DNA of 64,000 nt from Podarcis pityusensis. Its lineage: Eukaryota. The stretch lies in the NCBI GenBank assembly GCA_964106645.2, contig OZ067044.1; one strand, 5' to 3'. A program made the translations under genes and the position numbers. Shown here piece by piece: positions 39,101-54,160 of the stretch. Under the pieces are notes generated by a model. That model was not told the DNA's origin and made no database searches. It saw nothing but the letters and a program-made list of their open reading frames with translations. The number at the start of each line of letters is the position of its first letter. Positions within the stretch are counted from its first letter, which is position 1.

Positions 39101-42100
39101 ACCACGTGAATTCGGCCTCACTGCATTATCTCTGCACATTATATTCTGGCTCTTGTTCCAACAACTGTGACATCCAACATGCATATGTCAGATGAGAACA
39201 GGGACTAATCTACACTGGTGAGTTATAACGTTAAAAATGCGTTATAAAAATGTAACACCAGAGGGAGCTGTAGAGTAGCGATGTGTCGCCAATGGGAAAT
39301 TGCACTGGGAGCTATTTTTTAATAGCATTTTTAAATAGCATTTTCCAGATCAGTGTAGATCCAGCCCAGGTGCTCTAGGAGGATGAAAGAGCAGGGACAA
39401 GAGGCCATGAGTTCTAAGTCTGGGTGCAAGCCTACAGGGGCACGGTTCCCTGTACTATTCCTATCCTTATGCTTTGCCCTCCTGCCAGCATTACAGTTCA
39501 GGGACCTAGCAGGGGCAAGCGAGCGAGAAGGCTACTTCCCTATGGTCTGTTTTCAACCTCTAACAAGAAAAAAGGCACTTCAGTTGGATTTTAGGAGTAA
39601 TTTTGAAGCTGAAACAAGTCAAATGTTAAGAGTACATGCACTTATTCTTAAAATGCTTCCAGGTGACTCGAAACCAGATTGTAATGGGAGGATGCTGTTT
39701 GTGAAGAAAAAGGTGCCCAAACCCAAGGAAGGACTTACATCAAATCCTTGTAAACGACCAACATTCATCATGTCGTTGCACCGTTTTGGGACTATACACA
39801 TTACTTCTACAGCCCTCTATTGAATCAAGAAAGAGAGAGAGATTAGAACAGTCAACTGTGCAATGCCTTTTAGTTATTCTTTTCAGATTCTCTAAGGTGC
39901 CACTACCAAGATCGATTGCACATATCAAGGAGGCAGGCTATATAATAAAATTTGTTGGGAGTGCTTCTGGGAACACCCTGCCCCTTCCTGTAATCTCCAT
40001 GATGAATTCTCCCAAAGTGATGGACCTGCTGTTTTAACCATTAATTCCAGAATAAATCAAATGTGGAAAAACAAAAACAGAACAATCTTTGTGAAGGAGG
40101 TCCACAGACTGCAGACAGATACAGAAAGAGTGCTATAATTCTGCTACAACAGCTGTCTTGATGCTGGCATAAATATTTAAGAAAACAGTATTTCTAAGTA
40201 CCTCTAATTCTGTTGTATCAAGATTAGCTTTTTTGGAGTACTTAAGGAAGTCCTGCAAAGAAAAAGAAAGAACTATGAGTTGACATCTTCTATTAAAATT
40301 ATATATGTGTATGCATATATATTGGGCAGTCCTGATGATCAGAAACTGCTAATGATAATAAAATGTGCATTTATCTACCATCCCATTTTGGGACTTCTGG
40401 GAAGCCCTGATGTACAGCATATCAGAAATAAAATGCTTAGGTGAAGAAATCAAACAGTAAAAAGAAAGTGTGTTTCCTGACTGTCCTTCAATTGTTTTGC
40501 ATATTTACTGTGTTTTTGTTTTATATGGGGAAGTGCTTCAGGTTGTGTATTTTATGGTTGTAACCATATGTTATAAGGGAGGTAAGAAATCTAACAAAGC
40601 AAATCAAATATTATTTTATTCACAAGTAGCTAAATCCCCACAAAAGGCTCTGCTTTCTTTGAAATTGGCAAACAGAGGAAATGAAACATTTTCAGATCAG
40701 AATTAACACTATTTACTATTTCCTGATGCATACTTATGTAAACTACCTTAGCAGACACACAATGCTCCAACAAAAACAAAGAACATTTGTGGGTACTTTC
40801 TGAGAAATATCTGCCTATATCTATAAGATGCAAAGCATCTTTTTTAAGTGTTCCAAATGCTGTACAGCAATAAAAAACCCAGCCGAGAGCATTCAAAGTG
40901 CCTTACCTTTAGTAGCAATTGGTATTTCATAATTCTTTGCACTGGTTTTATCAGCAAGTCAGTGAGCTGAAGTCGGTGACCCAAACGTTGCTTCAGGTCC
41001 TAGCAGTAGTAAAATAAAAGTTCAGAGCAGATCCTGTAACTCTCTATTTTGAGAGGAAATATCATCAAGGAGGCTAGTTTTGACATCCACTCAAATACAG
41101 ATTTCCCTTCAGGATTCCTAACAGCTTCCCTTAGATTAACTCTCTAATTTACTTAGCAAAAGGAACTGTCAAAAAAAAAAAGTTTGCTTTTCAGTAGGGC
41201 TCACGTCTTCCCTGACTTCATTCTATCCATATCCCAAAGAAATCTGTTGAGTCTCATCCCCTTTATCCTGTCTGGGCCTATCATCCCTCCTGTTAAAGGA
41301 TGACAGTTATTCTTAGTTACACAAAGCCGGACCATCTATGGATGCCAAACCTGGGGGCTTACATTTTAATAACCTGGGGGCTTAAACTTTAATAGGAAAG
41401 GGAGATGATGGTGGCAGCAACCTCAGTCCAGCATGGGACAAGAAAGAGTCACTTTGGCCCTACTGAATTTTCCAGACTTTGATTGGCTGGCAAAAGAAGG
41501 ATGCAAAAGTAGACTATTCCCTTGGATTGTCTGTTGGGCTAACACTAGTTTTCTATTAACACTTGATGCTCAGTCAGTACATAGGTATCATGTGTTCATA
41601 CATATCTAGGGACCAACACCTATCCTTGCTTGTACCTTCAAGCTGACAGAATCAACACTGTAAACAGAGATTTAGCCACATCTGAATAAGTAGGAGTCTC
41701 TATTACTCTTTGTTTAAACCAGTGTTTTCCCAAACTTAGGTCTTCAGCTGTTTTTGAACTACAATTCCCATCATCCCCGACCACTAGTCCTGCTAGCTAG
41801 GGATAATGGGAGCACCATCCAAAAACAGCAAGAGACCCAAGCTTGGGAAACAATGGTTTAAACTTTCCCACTCATTTGAATGTCTTTGGCTTGGTATGTG
41901 AAAGCAGATAGTGATTTGAATTCAGGTTGCTATGACAACATCTTAACATCCACTTAAACGAGTCGATGTCACTCAGCTTCCTGATGTCTCACAAGTATTG
42001 TATGGTAAAATCACAAAAAAACCGATTCCATGCTGTAATTCACCTTGAAGCGGAATTTGATGTACAGAATTATTAAACCCTAGAGCTAACTGGGGGGTGG

Positions 42101-45100
42101 GGGGGGAGAGAGTTTATTCATTTGGTAACAATAAACTAATTTCGATCTCAGCCACAGATCCTGAGAGAGATAATGTCTCAGAGACTGCAAAGAACAAGAA
42201 TTTTTGGAAAAGATGAGGAGTATATTTCTTCTGTCCAGAAAGAGACAGCCAACCCCCTGCCTTTGGCACTTACCTCAAAAAAAGTATCAATGTATTCCGA
42301 GACAATATGCTCAGACTTTGGTTTGTTTTGGCAGTAAACTATGTACATGTGCAATCTTCTCTCCTGCAGCAGAGGGAAAAGAACAAGGATGTTGTATTTC
42401 ATGAAAACGTAAAGCATACTTGGCACGGACCAGAGTAGCACAGATCATTAGAACAAAAGCTACCATATTCTACAGGAATATAATGGTCCATATAAGATAC
42501 TGCATTTTCCATACTGTCTCACCTACTCTCTTCCTTGCATATGCTCACAAGTGCTTGGATAAATCAAGTGTGCAACAGACTAGGTGTGGGGAACTTCTGG
42601 CTCTTCAGATGTTGATGAAGGACACTTCCCATCAGTCCAAGAAAGCATGGGCAATGCTCAGAGGTGATGGCCATTGCAGTTCAGCAACAGCAGGAGGTTG
42701 AGAGGTTCCCCATGACTGCCGTACACGAAAACAGCCAACAACGATAATTGCACCTTTTACACAATTAGCCTGCTGGTGGTCATATCTATGTTCGCCTCAA
42801 GTCTACACTTTGTGCCCAGAGACGTTTGGCAGAGGATTATGACCCACATTACTGTCAAGGCATATCCTCCCTGCTGCCCCCAAATTAATAAATCCATTTG
42901 TTATGCAGGCTTGTGCATGAGAGCAGCTGCTCCAAAACTTTGTGCCCTCAGGGACTGCTTCCCACTGCCAAGGAACTGTCAGAGCCAGTCATGAACCCTC
43001 CTTATATTGCAAAGAATTCTGGAGTGTACTCTAAGGTTGTGGGCATTCTAGGGCACACGTTGAGTCAAAGCAAGGTCCAGCACTTCTCTCTGGCTGGGTG
43101 CTCTGCAGGGCTAAAATGACAGTAATGAACAACTCCATCTTTCAGGAAGCGTGGCCACCATGGCTGATCTTCTTGAGGAGACTCCCACCCCCACCATGAG
43201 GAAATGTGTCATGGTCCAAATAAAGAAGTGAAGAAATAACCTCTGTTCTTTAAGAGCATATTTCAGATTCGTTGTACATATGGAAAGCCAGAAAAGTCTG
43301 GCTAAGTAGAAAAATCAGGAAACTAAGTGAGAGTGTAACAGATTGCACGTTCTGTCACTGCCTACACATTTAAGAGAGAACGGAAGGCGTTAGTGCTGGA
43401 ATTTGTTCTGTGCATAATTTCTTTATATCTCCCCCAAGTTTACTATTCCTGCCACTCTAACTAAGCATTTTGGAAGGCAAAGAAGCAAAGCAAAGTAAGT
43501 TCATGCATTTTTTTAAAAGGCACAGAATGGAGAATACATGGGTGAAGATATAAGGGCTGCTTGTACGAAGAAGAAGAGTTTGGATTTGATATCCCGCCTT
43601 TCACTCCCCTTCAGGAGTCTCAAAGCGGCTAACATTCTCCTTTCCCTTCCTCCCCCACAACAAACACTCTGTGAGGTGAGTGGGGCTGAGAGACTTCAAA
43701 GAAGTGTGACTGGCCCAAGGTCACCCAGCAGCTGCATGTGGAGGAGCGGAGACGCAAACCCAGTTCCCCAGATTACGAGACTACCGCTCTTAACCACTAC
43801 ACCACACTGGCTCTCAAATATGTATGTTGTCAAATATCCAGATCTATGATCGACGCAGCTTCTATATATGCAATGGGGAGGAGGAGCATACTTACATGTT
43901 TAACAAAAAGTGATCCCAATTTTTCTGGATCCTCAAGGCACTTCTCTAATTCTCCTAAAAAGAAACTGAGCAGTACAAAAATATATTTATTATTAGCCTC
44001 ATTGTGGCAACAGACAACTGATTCAACAGCAGACAACAGTTTGGTTGCATTTCCTCTGTGGGAGGCATCCACTTTCGGAAATAGAACGGTTTGTGGAAGA
44101 AGCATCAGTGGATTGGCTGAAGACACTTATGTCATTTGCCAGCAGCCATATCACATCGCCCCAGTGTTATGTCCAGCCCGGCAACTTCTTAAATGCTGCA
44201 AGAAATCCCAGGGTGCCCCTCGCAGCTTGGACACTGCTGAGTAAGTTCCCTTAAAATTATAATTGCCTCAACCAGCCACTTGGTTTGACTGTGTGGCTGG
44301 GACAATTCTGAGCCCAGGTGAAGAACATCTGGGGAAAGTGTAGGGTTTCTTCAAAATGAAAGTTAACAAGCAACAGCAAGGAAGCTTTGCCCTAACTTGG
44401 GATTCCTCTGAATCAGAGCTCAACTAACACATACGCCATGTCCTCTTCATCACAGTGGCAAACAGCTGAGTAGTGAACACGGTGTGTAGAGTTGCAAGTC
44501 AATGCACTCATGTTACTTCCAAACTTGAGCAAAAGCAAATTGCAAAATTATCTTTATCTAGGGATAAGGGACATTCCAGTGTAGATGAATCATGTTACAT
44601 GAACCTGCACTAGCAGTTGAGGAACTGGCTCTAATCCAAGGTCTGTCTATTATGTAGTTGCCACCACTCGTTCATAGAGATACTAAAGGGATAGAAGACA
44701 CAGAAGGCCATTTGCGGGGCCCTAACAATGTTTGCAATGTAGGCCTTCCATCCACAGATTCTGCAGAGATAAATGAATCCATTCAGAAATGTCTTGCAAT
44801 AGTCCAAATAGTCCACCAGACAGTTATTCTTGTCTGTAGACTTTCCAAATATAAGACTCCCAGAAACTAGGAGCAATTGCTGCTCAGATAGAACAGAACC
44901 AAAATCTAAGATCTCATCTTATGGCAGACTCTGCACAATTGTGAAATGAAGGGATCTGAAACTTTCAGCTGAGACCATGTTCTTGAGCCACAAAGTTATA
45001 TTAAATCAAGGGCATCCCTGTTATTAGAACAACTAGGACTAGGCTCCATCCTTAGGTACCAGACATGTCCAAATGTTAAGAAACAAACTGCAATATAAAG

Positions 45101-48100
45101 GTCAGACTTCCATCTGAAACAAGGCACAGCTAAACCACCTTAGTGCTGGAAATAACTGGCTTATAATTCCACCTGTGGCATGCTGTAAATTGGAAACTAC
45201 CCCCAAGTGGTAAAAACCAAAGTAATTTCTTTCTACTGAAATAAACTAGGCACCAGATGCATATCCAGGAATGGCCTTCCAACAGTATCCGTTCATTACA
45301 AAAAGCACAAGTGAGCAGGGCAACCTTTGCTTGGCACCTAATGGTGGATGCCTGGTTGAAAAAATACATAATTTGTACAAAATTTTTGCAGACATTTTGG
45401 CCAAGAGATTGAAAAAAGTATTGATGGAAGAGATTCATAAAGACCAAGCGGGCTTTCTCCCGGGAAGACACTTGTCTGATAATTTGAGGAATATAATTGA
45501 TATTTTGGAAAAATTAGAAGTAAATATAAATACTAAAGCAGTTCTGATATTTGTGGACGCGGAGAAAGCCTTTGACAACATCTCTTGGAGTTTTATGAAG
45601 AAGAACCTACAGGGGATGGGGGTAGGCCAAGGTTTTGAAAATGGTATAGGTGCAATATACAGTGGTGCCTCGCAAGATGAAATTAATTCGTTCCGCAAGT
45701 TTTTTCTTCTTGCGAGTTTTTCGTCTTGCGATGCACGGTTTCCCATAGGAATGCATTGAAAATCAATTAATGCGTTCCTAGGGAAACCGCCTTCAGACCA
45801 GGTCCGGGGACAGTCTGTCCCCCGACCTCTTCTGAAGGCTGGGGGGGGGGGAGAAGGGCTTTTCTTCCCACCCCCAGCCTTCAGAAGGCTGTTCTGAAGG
45901 CTGGGGGTGGGAAGAAAAGCCCTTCTCCCCACCTCCCGCCCCGCAAGCTCCGGGGACAGGAGGGCTTTGCTGCCGACCGCCAGCATTTTAAAAGCCCCCG
46001 CTGTCCCGGGGCGATTTTAAAATGCTGGTGGGTGGCAGCGAAAGCTTCGCTGCCGCCCGCCAGCATTTTAAGATCACCCGGGACAGCAGAGAAGTCTCCG
46101 CTGCCCCGGGAAGGCAGGCGGGGGGAGCAAAGACTTTTGCCCCCCGCCGGCCTTCAGAAGAGGTCCAGGACCTCTTCTGAAGGCGGGCGGGGGGCGAAAG
46201 TCTCCCCCCCCCGCCTGCCTTCAAAAGCCGTCAGGAACAGCGGAGAAAGGCGCTGCCTTTCTCCGCTCTCCCGGGAAGGCAGGCGGGGGGGGAAAGACTT
46301 TCGCCCCCCGCCGGCCTTCAGAAGAGGTCCAGGACCTCTTCTGAAGGCGGGCGGGGGGCGAAAGTCTTTCCCCCCCCCCGCCTGCCTTCAAAAGCCGTCG
46401 GGAACAGCGGAGAAAGGCGCTGCCTTTCTCCGCTCTCCCGGGAAGGCAGGCAGGGGGGAGCAAAGACTTTCGCCCCCCGCCGGCCTTCAGAAGAGGTCCA
46501 GGACCTCTTCTGAAGGCCGGCGGGGGGCGAAAGTCTTTGCTCCCCCCGCCTGCCTTCAAAAGCCGTCCGCGATAGCGGGAAGCTCTTCCCTGCTATGCCG
46601 GACTGCTTTTAAAATGCTGGCGGTGGGGAGCAAAGCCTTTCGGCCCCCGCCGGCCTTCCTGGACCTCTTCTGAAGGCCGGAGGGGGGGAAAGGCTTTGCT
46701 CCCCACCACAGCATTTAAAAGAGGTCCCCGGAGATTTCCCTATGGGCTTTCGTCTTGCGAAGCAAGCCCATAGGGAAATTCGTCTTGCGAAGCGCCTCCA
46801 AAACAGAAAACCCTTTCGTCTTGCGGGTTTTCCGTCTTGCGAGGCATTCGTCTTGCGGGGTACCACTGTACTCTGAACAAAAGGCTAAATTAATTGTAAA
46901 TAATGTGGTGACAGAAGAATTTAAGATAGAAAAAGGGACACGACAGGGGTGCCCAATCTCCCCACTGCTTTTTATATCGGTCCTGGAGGTTCTGCTGAAT
47001 ATGATTAGAAGGGACCGGTTAAAGGCATACAGGTCGGAGCCAAACAGTACAAACTGAGAGCATTTGCAGATGACTTAGTATTGACGTTACAGGAGCCAGA
47101 ATCTAGTACTAAAAGGGTTTTAGAACTAATTCAAGAATTTGGTCAAGTGGCAGGATTTAAACTGAACAAGTTAAAAACTAAGGTTTTAGAGAAAAATTTA
47201 ACACCGATTGAAAGAGAGAGGTTTCAGAATGAGACAGGTTTGACTGTGGTTAAGGAAGTGAAATACTTGGGGATTAATACGACAGCCAAAAATGGGAACT
47301 TATTTAAAGATGATTATGAAAAATCTTGGACGGAAGTGAAAAAAGATTTAGAAATTTGGTCAAATTTGAAGCTTTCACTGTTGGGTCATATTGCTGTGAT
47401 AAAAATGAATGTATTGCCTAGAATGCTGTTTTTGTTTCAAACATTGCAAATTGTGGACAAGATGGATTGTTTCAAGAAGTGGCAGAGAGATATTTCTAGA
47501 TTTGTCTGGCAGGGCAAGAAGCCCAGAATAAAATTTAAGATATTAACTGATGCAAAGGAAAGGGGTGGATTTGCCCTGCCAAACTTTAAACTTTACTATG
47601 AATCAGCAGCTTTTTGCTGGTTGAAAGAATGGCTACTTCTTGAAAACACAGACATTTTGGACCTAGAAGGTTTTAACAATGTATTTGGATGGCATGCATA
47701 TCTGTGGTATGACAAGGTCAAAGCGCATAAAGCATTTAAAAACCATATTGTCAGGAAAGCATTGTTTAATGTTTGGATAAGATACAAGGATTTATTGGAA
47801 AACAAAACCCCAAGGTGGCTGTCACCGATGGAAGCGAAAGCTCTGAAAAGGCTCAATATTGAGGCCAATTGGCCGAAATATTGGGAAATTTTGGAACAAG
47901 ATGGAGATAGACTGAAACTGCAGAGTTGTGAGAAACTAAAAAATAAAGTGCGAGACTGGCTTCATTATTATCAGATAATGGAGGCATATAATTTGGACAA
48001 GAAAATTGGCTTCCAGGTGGAAAAATCAAAATTAGAAACAGAACTGTTTGAACCCAATAATAAGATTTTGTCAAAGATGTATAACTTGCTGTTGAAATGG

Positions 48101-49862
48101 AATACTCAGGATGAAACGGTGAAATCTGCTATGATTAAATGGGCACAAGATTCTGGACATAACATTATGTTTGCTGACTGGGAACAGTTGTGGACCACAG
48201 GTATGAAATTTACGGCATGTAATGCCTTAAGAGAGAATATTATGAAAATGATATACAGGTGGTACATGACCCCAGTCAAGCTTGCAAAAATTTATCACTT
48301 GCCCGATAACAAATGTTGGAAATGTAAAGAAACTGAAGGTACATTCTTTCACCTTTGGTGGACGTGCCCAAGGATTAAGGCTTTCTGGGAAATGATATAT
48401 AATGAACTGAAAAATGTATTTAAATATACCTTCTTGAAGAAACCAGAGGCCTTTCTCCTGGGCATAGTCGGCCAATTGGTGCCAAAGAAGGATAGAACCT
48501 TTTTTATGTATGCCACAACAGCAGCAAGAATACTCACTGCAAAGTATTGGAAGACACAAGATCTACCCACTCTGGAAGAATGGCAGATGAAGCTGATGGA
48601 CTATATGGAACTGGCAGAAATGACTGGCAGAATCCGAGACCAGGGAGAAGAGTCGGTGGAAGAAGATTGGAAGAAATTCAAAGACTATCTACAGAATTAT
48701 TGTAAAATTAATGAATGTTAGAATGATGTTGGATAGAAATTAAGTGGTTTCCAGCTGTAATGCTTTAAGGGATTATGAAAAATGGGTTGTTAATAGGTAA
48801 AAATTTAACGTTACTATTTTAAGACTAAAGATTAGGATAAATAAAGAGGGTAAGGATTTGCTGAACCAACAAATTGAACTGGAATACAAAAAAGGGAGGT
48901 ATGAGGAGGTCCGGGAAACAAGCTAAAGGAAAACAAGTAATGGAAAATCTGTGTGTTTTTAATTATTTTTATTTTGTATTTTTTTGTTATTTTTTTCATT
49001 TTTATTGTAATACTTTAAAAAAGCTTAATAAATATCTTATAAAAAAGAAAAAAGAAAAAATACATAATTTGTGTGCCTCCAGGGAAAAGACCCCCTTATC
49101 CAGTAGTTCCCTGCCTGACACTTGGCAAAGGGTCTCTGAATGGCTGTCACATGAAAGATGCAGCAAGCTTGTTTTCTCCAGCTCCAGAGGATAAGACCCG
49201 AACCAATGGATGCAAGTTACAAGAAAGGAGAGTCCAACGAAACATCAGGAAGACGTTTCTTGACAGTACGAGCTGTTTGACAATGGAACCGATTCCCATG
49301 AGAGGTGGTGGACTCTCCTTCGCTGGAGATATTTAAGCAGAGGTTGGATGGCCTCCTGTCATTTATGATCTAGTTGAGATTCCTGCATTGCAGGGGGTTG
49401 GACTAGGTGACCCTCAGGGACCCTTCCAACTCTACAATTCTATGGTTCTATGTCAATCCTTACAACGTGCTCAACTGAATTTTTCCAGTATAATATTTTT
49501 ATGCTGCTTGGGGTGGTTTTTGTCCACTTCTTCAGCTGGTTATGCGAGATGAGAACCAGAAAGAAAACCAGTTATGAACAAAAACAAAAACAAAAACATA
49601 CATACTCTCTGTGCCAGTCATATATTTGATGAATGTTGCCAAACACAATTTTGTCTTTCCCTTTCATATCATCCGGAACACCATCTTCTTTCATGAGTGC
49701 CATGTAACCCTGGAGTAAGTTAGTAAGAAAAATGGACATGAGCGCCGCTGTTCACCTTTTTATTACTTTTAACATTGCAGACTGCTGAGTATCATCTTGG
49801 GCCCTTTATCATTCTTCCCCCACCCCCCAAAATCCCCCTGCCGGCTGATGTGTTTTTAATAA

Positions 49863-49908
<46 letters not shown>

Positions 49909-52900
49909 GCGGGGTGGCTGAAAGTACATAAAGTGGTACCTTGTGTTATGTACCGTCCCCCTTATGAATGCTGTGGGTCACGCACTCCGCTAACCCGGAA
50001 GTAGATGGCCCTTGTTGCGAACTTTGCCCCGGGATGCAAGCAGAAGTCGTGCTCCGGTGGCACGGCAGCAGCAGGAGGTGCCGTTAGAGAAAGCGTGCCT
50101 CATGTTACGAGCGATTTCCTGTTACAAACGGACCTCCAGAATGGAGTAAGTACGTAACACGAGGTACCACTGTATTCAGGATGAAGTGCTAATGGCATAA
50201 CTAATATGCATTCATTGATTCTGAGTATGAACTCTTGTTTAAGAAATGCCTCGCAGGATAGGATCAACAACCATCAGGGTTGGCCAGTGGTCTTTTGCCC
50301 ACACCTGCCATAAGCCATGCCCTTATTTAGATCATAAAAAACACAAGAGGCACAATTGGAAGCCAAACATTTTTGCAACCGTGTAGTTGAAAATACTTTT
50401 CTAACATGCGTCCACATTGTGGTGACGTAAGTACTGAAACTCGTAACAAATCCTGATTTACTCTTTTTCGTATTATCAGTTTGCGTGCTTTATGTATAAT
50501 GTTACATTGCTCCTTATCTGGCTTGACACATCAACTCACGGGACCAAGTCTGTGGGAAAAGCAGCTCAGAAAGGCAAAAGGAAAATATCTAATCTTGACA
50601 GCAAATTCATGCTGGATCCAGACTTATGGAGACTCATTGTGCGTTACTGGGGGCCTGTTTGTGTGATATGTGTGCAAGTATTATTTTCTTTTTTTATAAT
50701 AATTTTTTATGAGTTTTTAATTACAGTCCAATTATTATTGGCCTCATTATAACAATACCAATTTATAATGCAATTATTCACACCAATCATTCAAATACCA
50801 AATTATATAATTTAGTTAAAGTGCCCCTCCGTATGCTAGATTTTATTATTCTCTTTATTTCTGCATTCCAAAATCTCTGCATTCCAAAATCTGTGAAAGT
50901 ATTATTTTCAGTAAATGGAAACTAACTACATTCCCAATGTAGCTCCCCGGTAGAGAGCTTTCACAGTTACTTTGGACTAGCCAACAATATTGAAGTCTTC
51001 CACAAATGACCGTACATTTCCATGTATAAGACCAGGATTTTTTTTACTATAAAATGATGTTCAAAATCAGGGGTCGTCTTATACACGGATAGTGCAGATG
51101 GGAGATGGGCGATTGTTTGCAGCCGCTTGTCAGCGGTGACTGTGTGTGTGATTGGTGGCTGTGGCAAGTGGTTTTGGGGTGAGTGATTTTCAGCAAAAAG
51201 AAGTCTAACAACCATGGGCACTCCCTTCCCCCCCAAAAGCAGGAAACCTCCTGGGCACTCAAAAAAGCTCAACAACTTCAGACCATCTCTCCCCATTTTC
51301 TTAAATTGGAGTCCCCCCAAATAGGGGGCATCTTATACACAGGGGCGTGTTATACATGGAAAAATACGGTAGTTGTGAACTAGAATAATATATGCGCAGA
51401 ACCAACAGCTACTTCCACGAGTGTATTTGCACACGTTCCAGCAACAGCTAACGATTCACTACACATACCATCCAGTTTATACAAACTGCTTTCTGTTTGG
51501 TCATGGACCCATGTATATTATTGCGTAGGGGGATTTAATAGCCTGAAACAAGCCTTTGCGGGAGCAAGCAGATCCGCTAGTGCAAGGAATGCAAGCATAC
51601 AAATTGTCTACTGTGCTATAAAGAGCCTGAAGAAGCCCTATATGTAGAGCAGCCCTGGTGTGGGCAACAATCTGCTCAATTAGGTTGCACGAATGAACGC
51701 AATTTGGAACACAGAAGCTGGGGTACTCAATACAATTTGTAACTCAGCCTAGAGAGCCCTGTGATCCCACACTTCTGATTCTTTCCAGATCATAAATTCA
51801 GGACAACAGAAGCAGCAACTCAAAGCAATCTAATTGAATCCATTTTTAAAGTACATCTATTGTACTTGTTTAATTTGCTGCCACGTTCAGAAGTTGTTCC
51901 TAAATCTATTAAGAGGCCTGTTTATTAAAAGGTGTTCCAGCTGTCCATTCTAAAACTGAAATACTGCCAGCCATTCCATTGCCTACATTCCTGCACAAGG
52001 GCTGAACAGCCCCCTTCACTGCAAATATATTACCAAACCAGCCTTAAAGATTCAACAGCTTATTTTACAGAAGAGCCAAGAAACAGCAGGCGGTCCTGAT
52101 CTCGTGCTGGAATGGAAACTAATTACAGCCAGGATTCAGAATTTACATTTTCAGCTGTCCATATGCAGTTAAGTTGGCAGCTTGTAAAAAGCGCCTTTTC
52201 AAAGATATTTTACATAGGGAATTATTGCTAGCTCATCAATAACACTGGAAACTGTTGTCTAGTAATTACAAATCTTAACCTAGTTCATAACTAGCTAGAA
52301 AGTGACTAATATAACAGGTGACAAAGTAGATTTCTCCAAGCATTGCTGATAGCATCCTCCAAAGGTGTTCGGTGGAGAGGAATTGCGCTTTCCTCTTTAC
52401 CCTTCTGAAGTTGGTGTTTCTGATCGGACTGTAAGCAGCACAACTGATTTTAAAAAGACATACCTCTACTACGTAACCAAGATCTCTCACATAATCCCTC
52501 TCCGTCTCCACTAATTCCTGTAGAACATAGCTGCAAAGTTATGAAAAGTGAGAATAGTTAAGGGTGGCATTTTGCGATATGAACAATTTCTATGCATGCA
52601 AATAATGTGACAACAGTAATAATAATAATAATAATAATAATAATTTCTATTTATACCCCGCCCACCCCAGCCAAGGCTGGGCTCAGTAGGGAATACTATG
52701 GTAAAATATGGTGTGACTAAGCAGCATGAGATTTTTTTTTTTTTAAATCTATCTATTTCAAGAATAGTTATAAAAGTACTAATGTTTCTCATACTGAAAT
52801 TTGAAGTGTGCATGCCAAGTGGATTTAATATAATCAACATTCCACAAAGTGGCATTGTTAAAGGCCTTACTGGTTGTGGCAGCTACCATTTGTGTGAACT

Positions 52901-54117
52901 GAAGAGCCCTCCAAAGTAAACATTTTATGTTTCTAAGACTCTCAACTTTCCTGCTAAGTTTTTAAAAGCATTACAAGCACAAGACTGGGGGCTAATGTGC
53001 TAGATAGGGGAAATTATTGCAATTTAGCTGGCTTTCTGGCAAAATCCTCCAACAGTTGAAATAATCAAAGTCGTAACTCGCTGAACAAAAGAGGTAGAAA
53101 CTAATGTCTACAATAACACAGATTTTACAACACAGAAGGCAAAGGACAGATGCTCTTCTTAAGCATATAAGGGAAAGGGATTGGTGGGCTAGTCTTACTG
53201 TCGCCTTTTTAAAGAGCTGGACTTCCGCTCTTCCATCTCATCTATGGGCGAAGAGGAGGAGAGAAGTGAGTTGTCTGATGGATTGAATGATGGGCTGCTG
53301 CTGTCTCCCTGGTCCACCATCAGTGAGCTTGGACGATCCTCCAGAGCCTAAGAGGAAAACGATAAACAAGTGAGATTGGGGCAACACCATCAGCACAATC
53401 TATTTCACATACACATGCTGTAAAAAAAGGTAAAGGTACCCCTGCCCGTACGGGCCAGTCGTGTCCGACTCTAAGAGGCCGGGGGCCAGCGCTGTCCGGA
53501 GACACTTCCGGGTCACGTGGCCAGCATGACGAAGCTGCTCTGGCGAGCCAGCACCAGCGCAGCACACGGAAATGCCGTTTACATGCTGTACTTTTATCTA
53601 TTTTAAGAACATGTTGATCATTTATTATTCTAATACCTTTGTCAACTGTGTACTGGTATTCACAACTCTCTCCTTCCTTGGTGCAATCAAACAGTGGCAA
53701 GATGTGTTGCCATGTTTGTGGCCATTTGCAGGCACCAAAGGTCCTCCTGCAGCCCTCCTTGCTGCACCCAGCAAGCAGTTTCCTTTCAGGTCCACACCAA
53801 CACAGGCTAACTGTGCCTAAGTCCAGGGTTCCAGGAAGGGCCCTGATACCAGCAATCAAAGCTGAAGCCTGGATAAATGAAACAAGTTCCTTATCTTGTG
53901 AAGTTTACTACCACGATAAGTGGCGACAGCTGCTAGCTTAGGTGACAGTAATCTGGATTGGCTCTCAGAGCGAAATGAATCTTCATGTTCAGAAGTAGTG
54001 TACCACTGAATACCAGATACGTGGACACAAAACAACAGGGGAGACTTCTGGTCTGATTCCCCAGTATGGCTCTTAGAGCCACATGTTTTGACAGGATTCC
54101 ACCCTGCTCTAAACAGG

Positions 54118-54160
<43 letters not shown>

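Noticed and set aside
45435-46866. Overlapping 60-213 aa Pro/Gly/Arg-rich ORFs
   Set aside because: By-products of GC-rich palindromic repeats inside a MITE
47081-48721. 546-aa ORF as a host gene
   Set aside because: It is the C-terminal part of L1 ORF2, bounded by a TSD and a poly(A) tail
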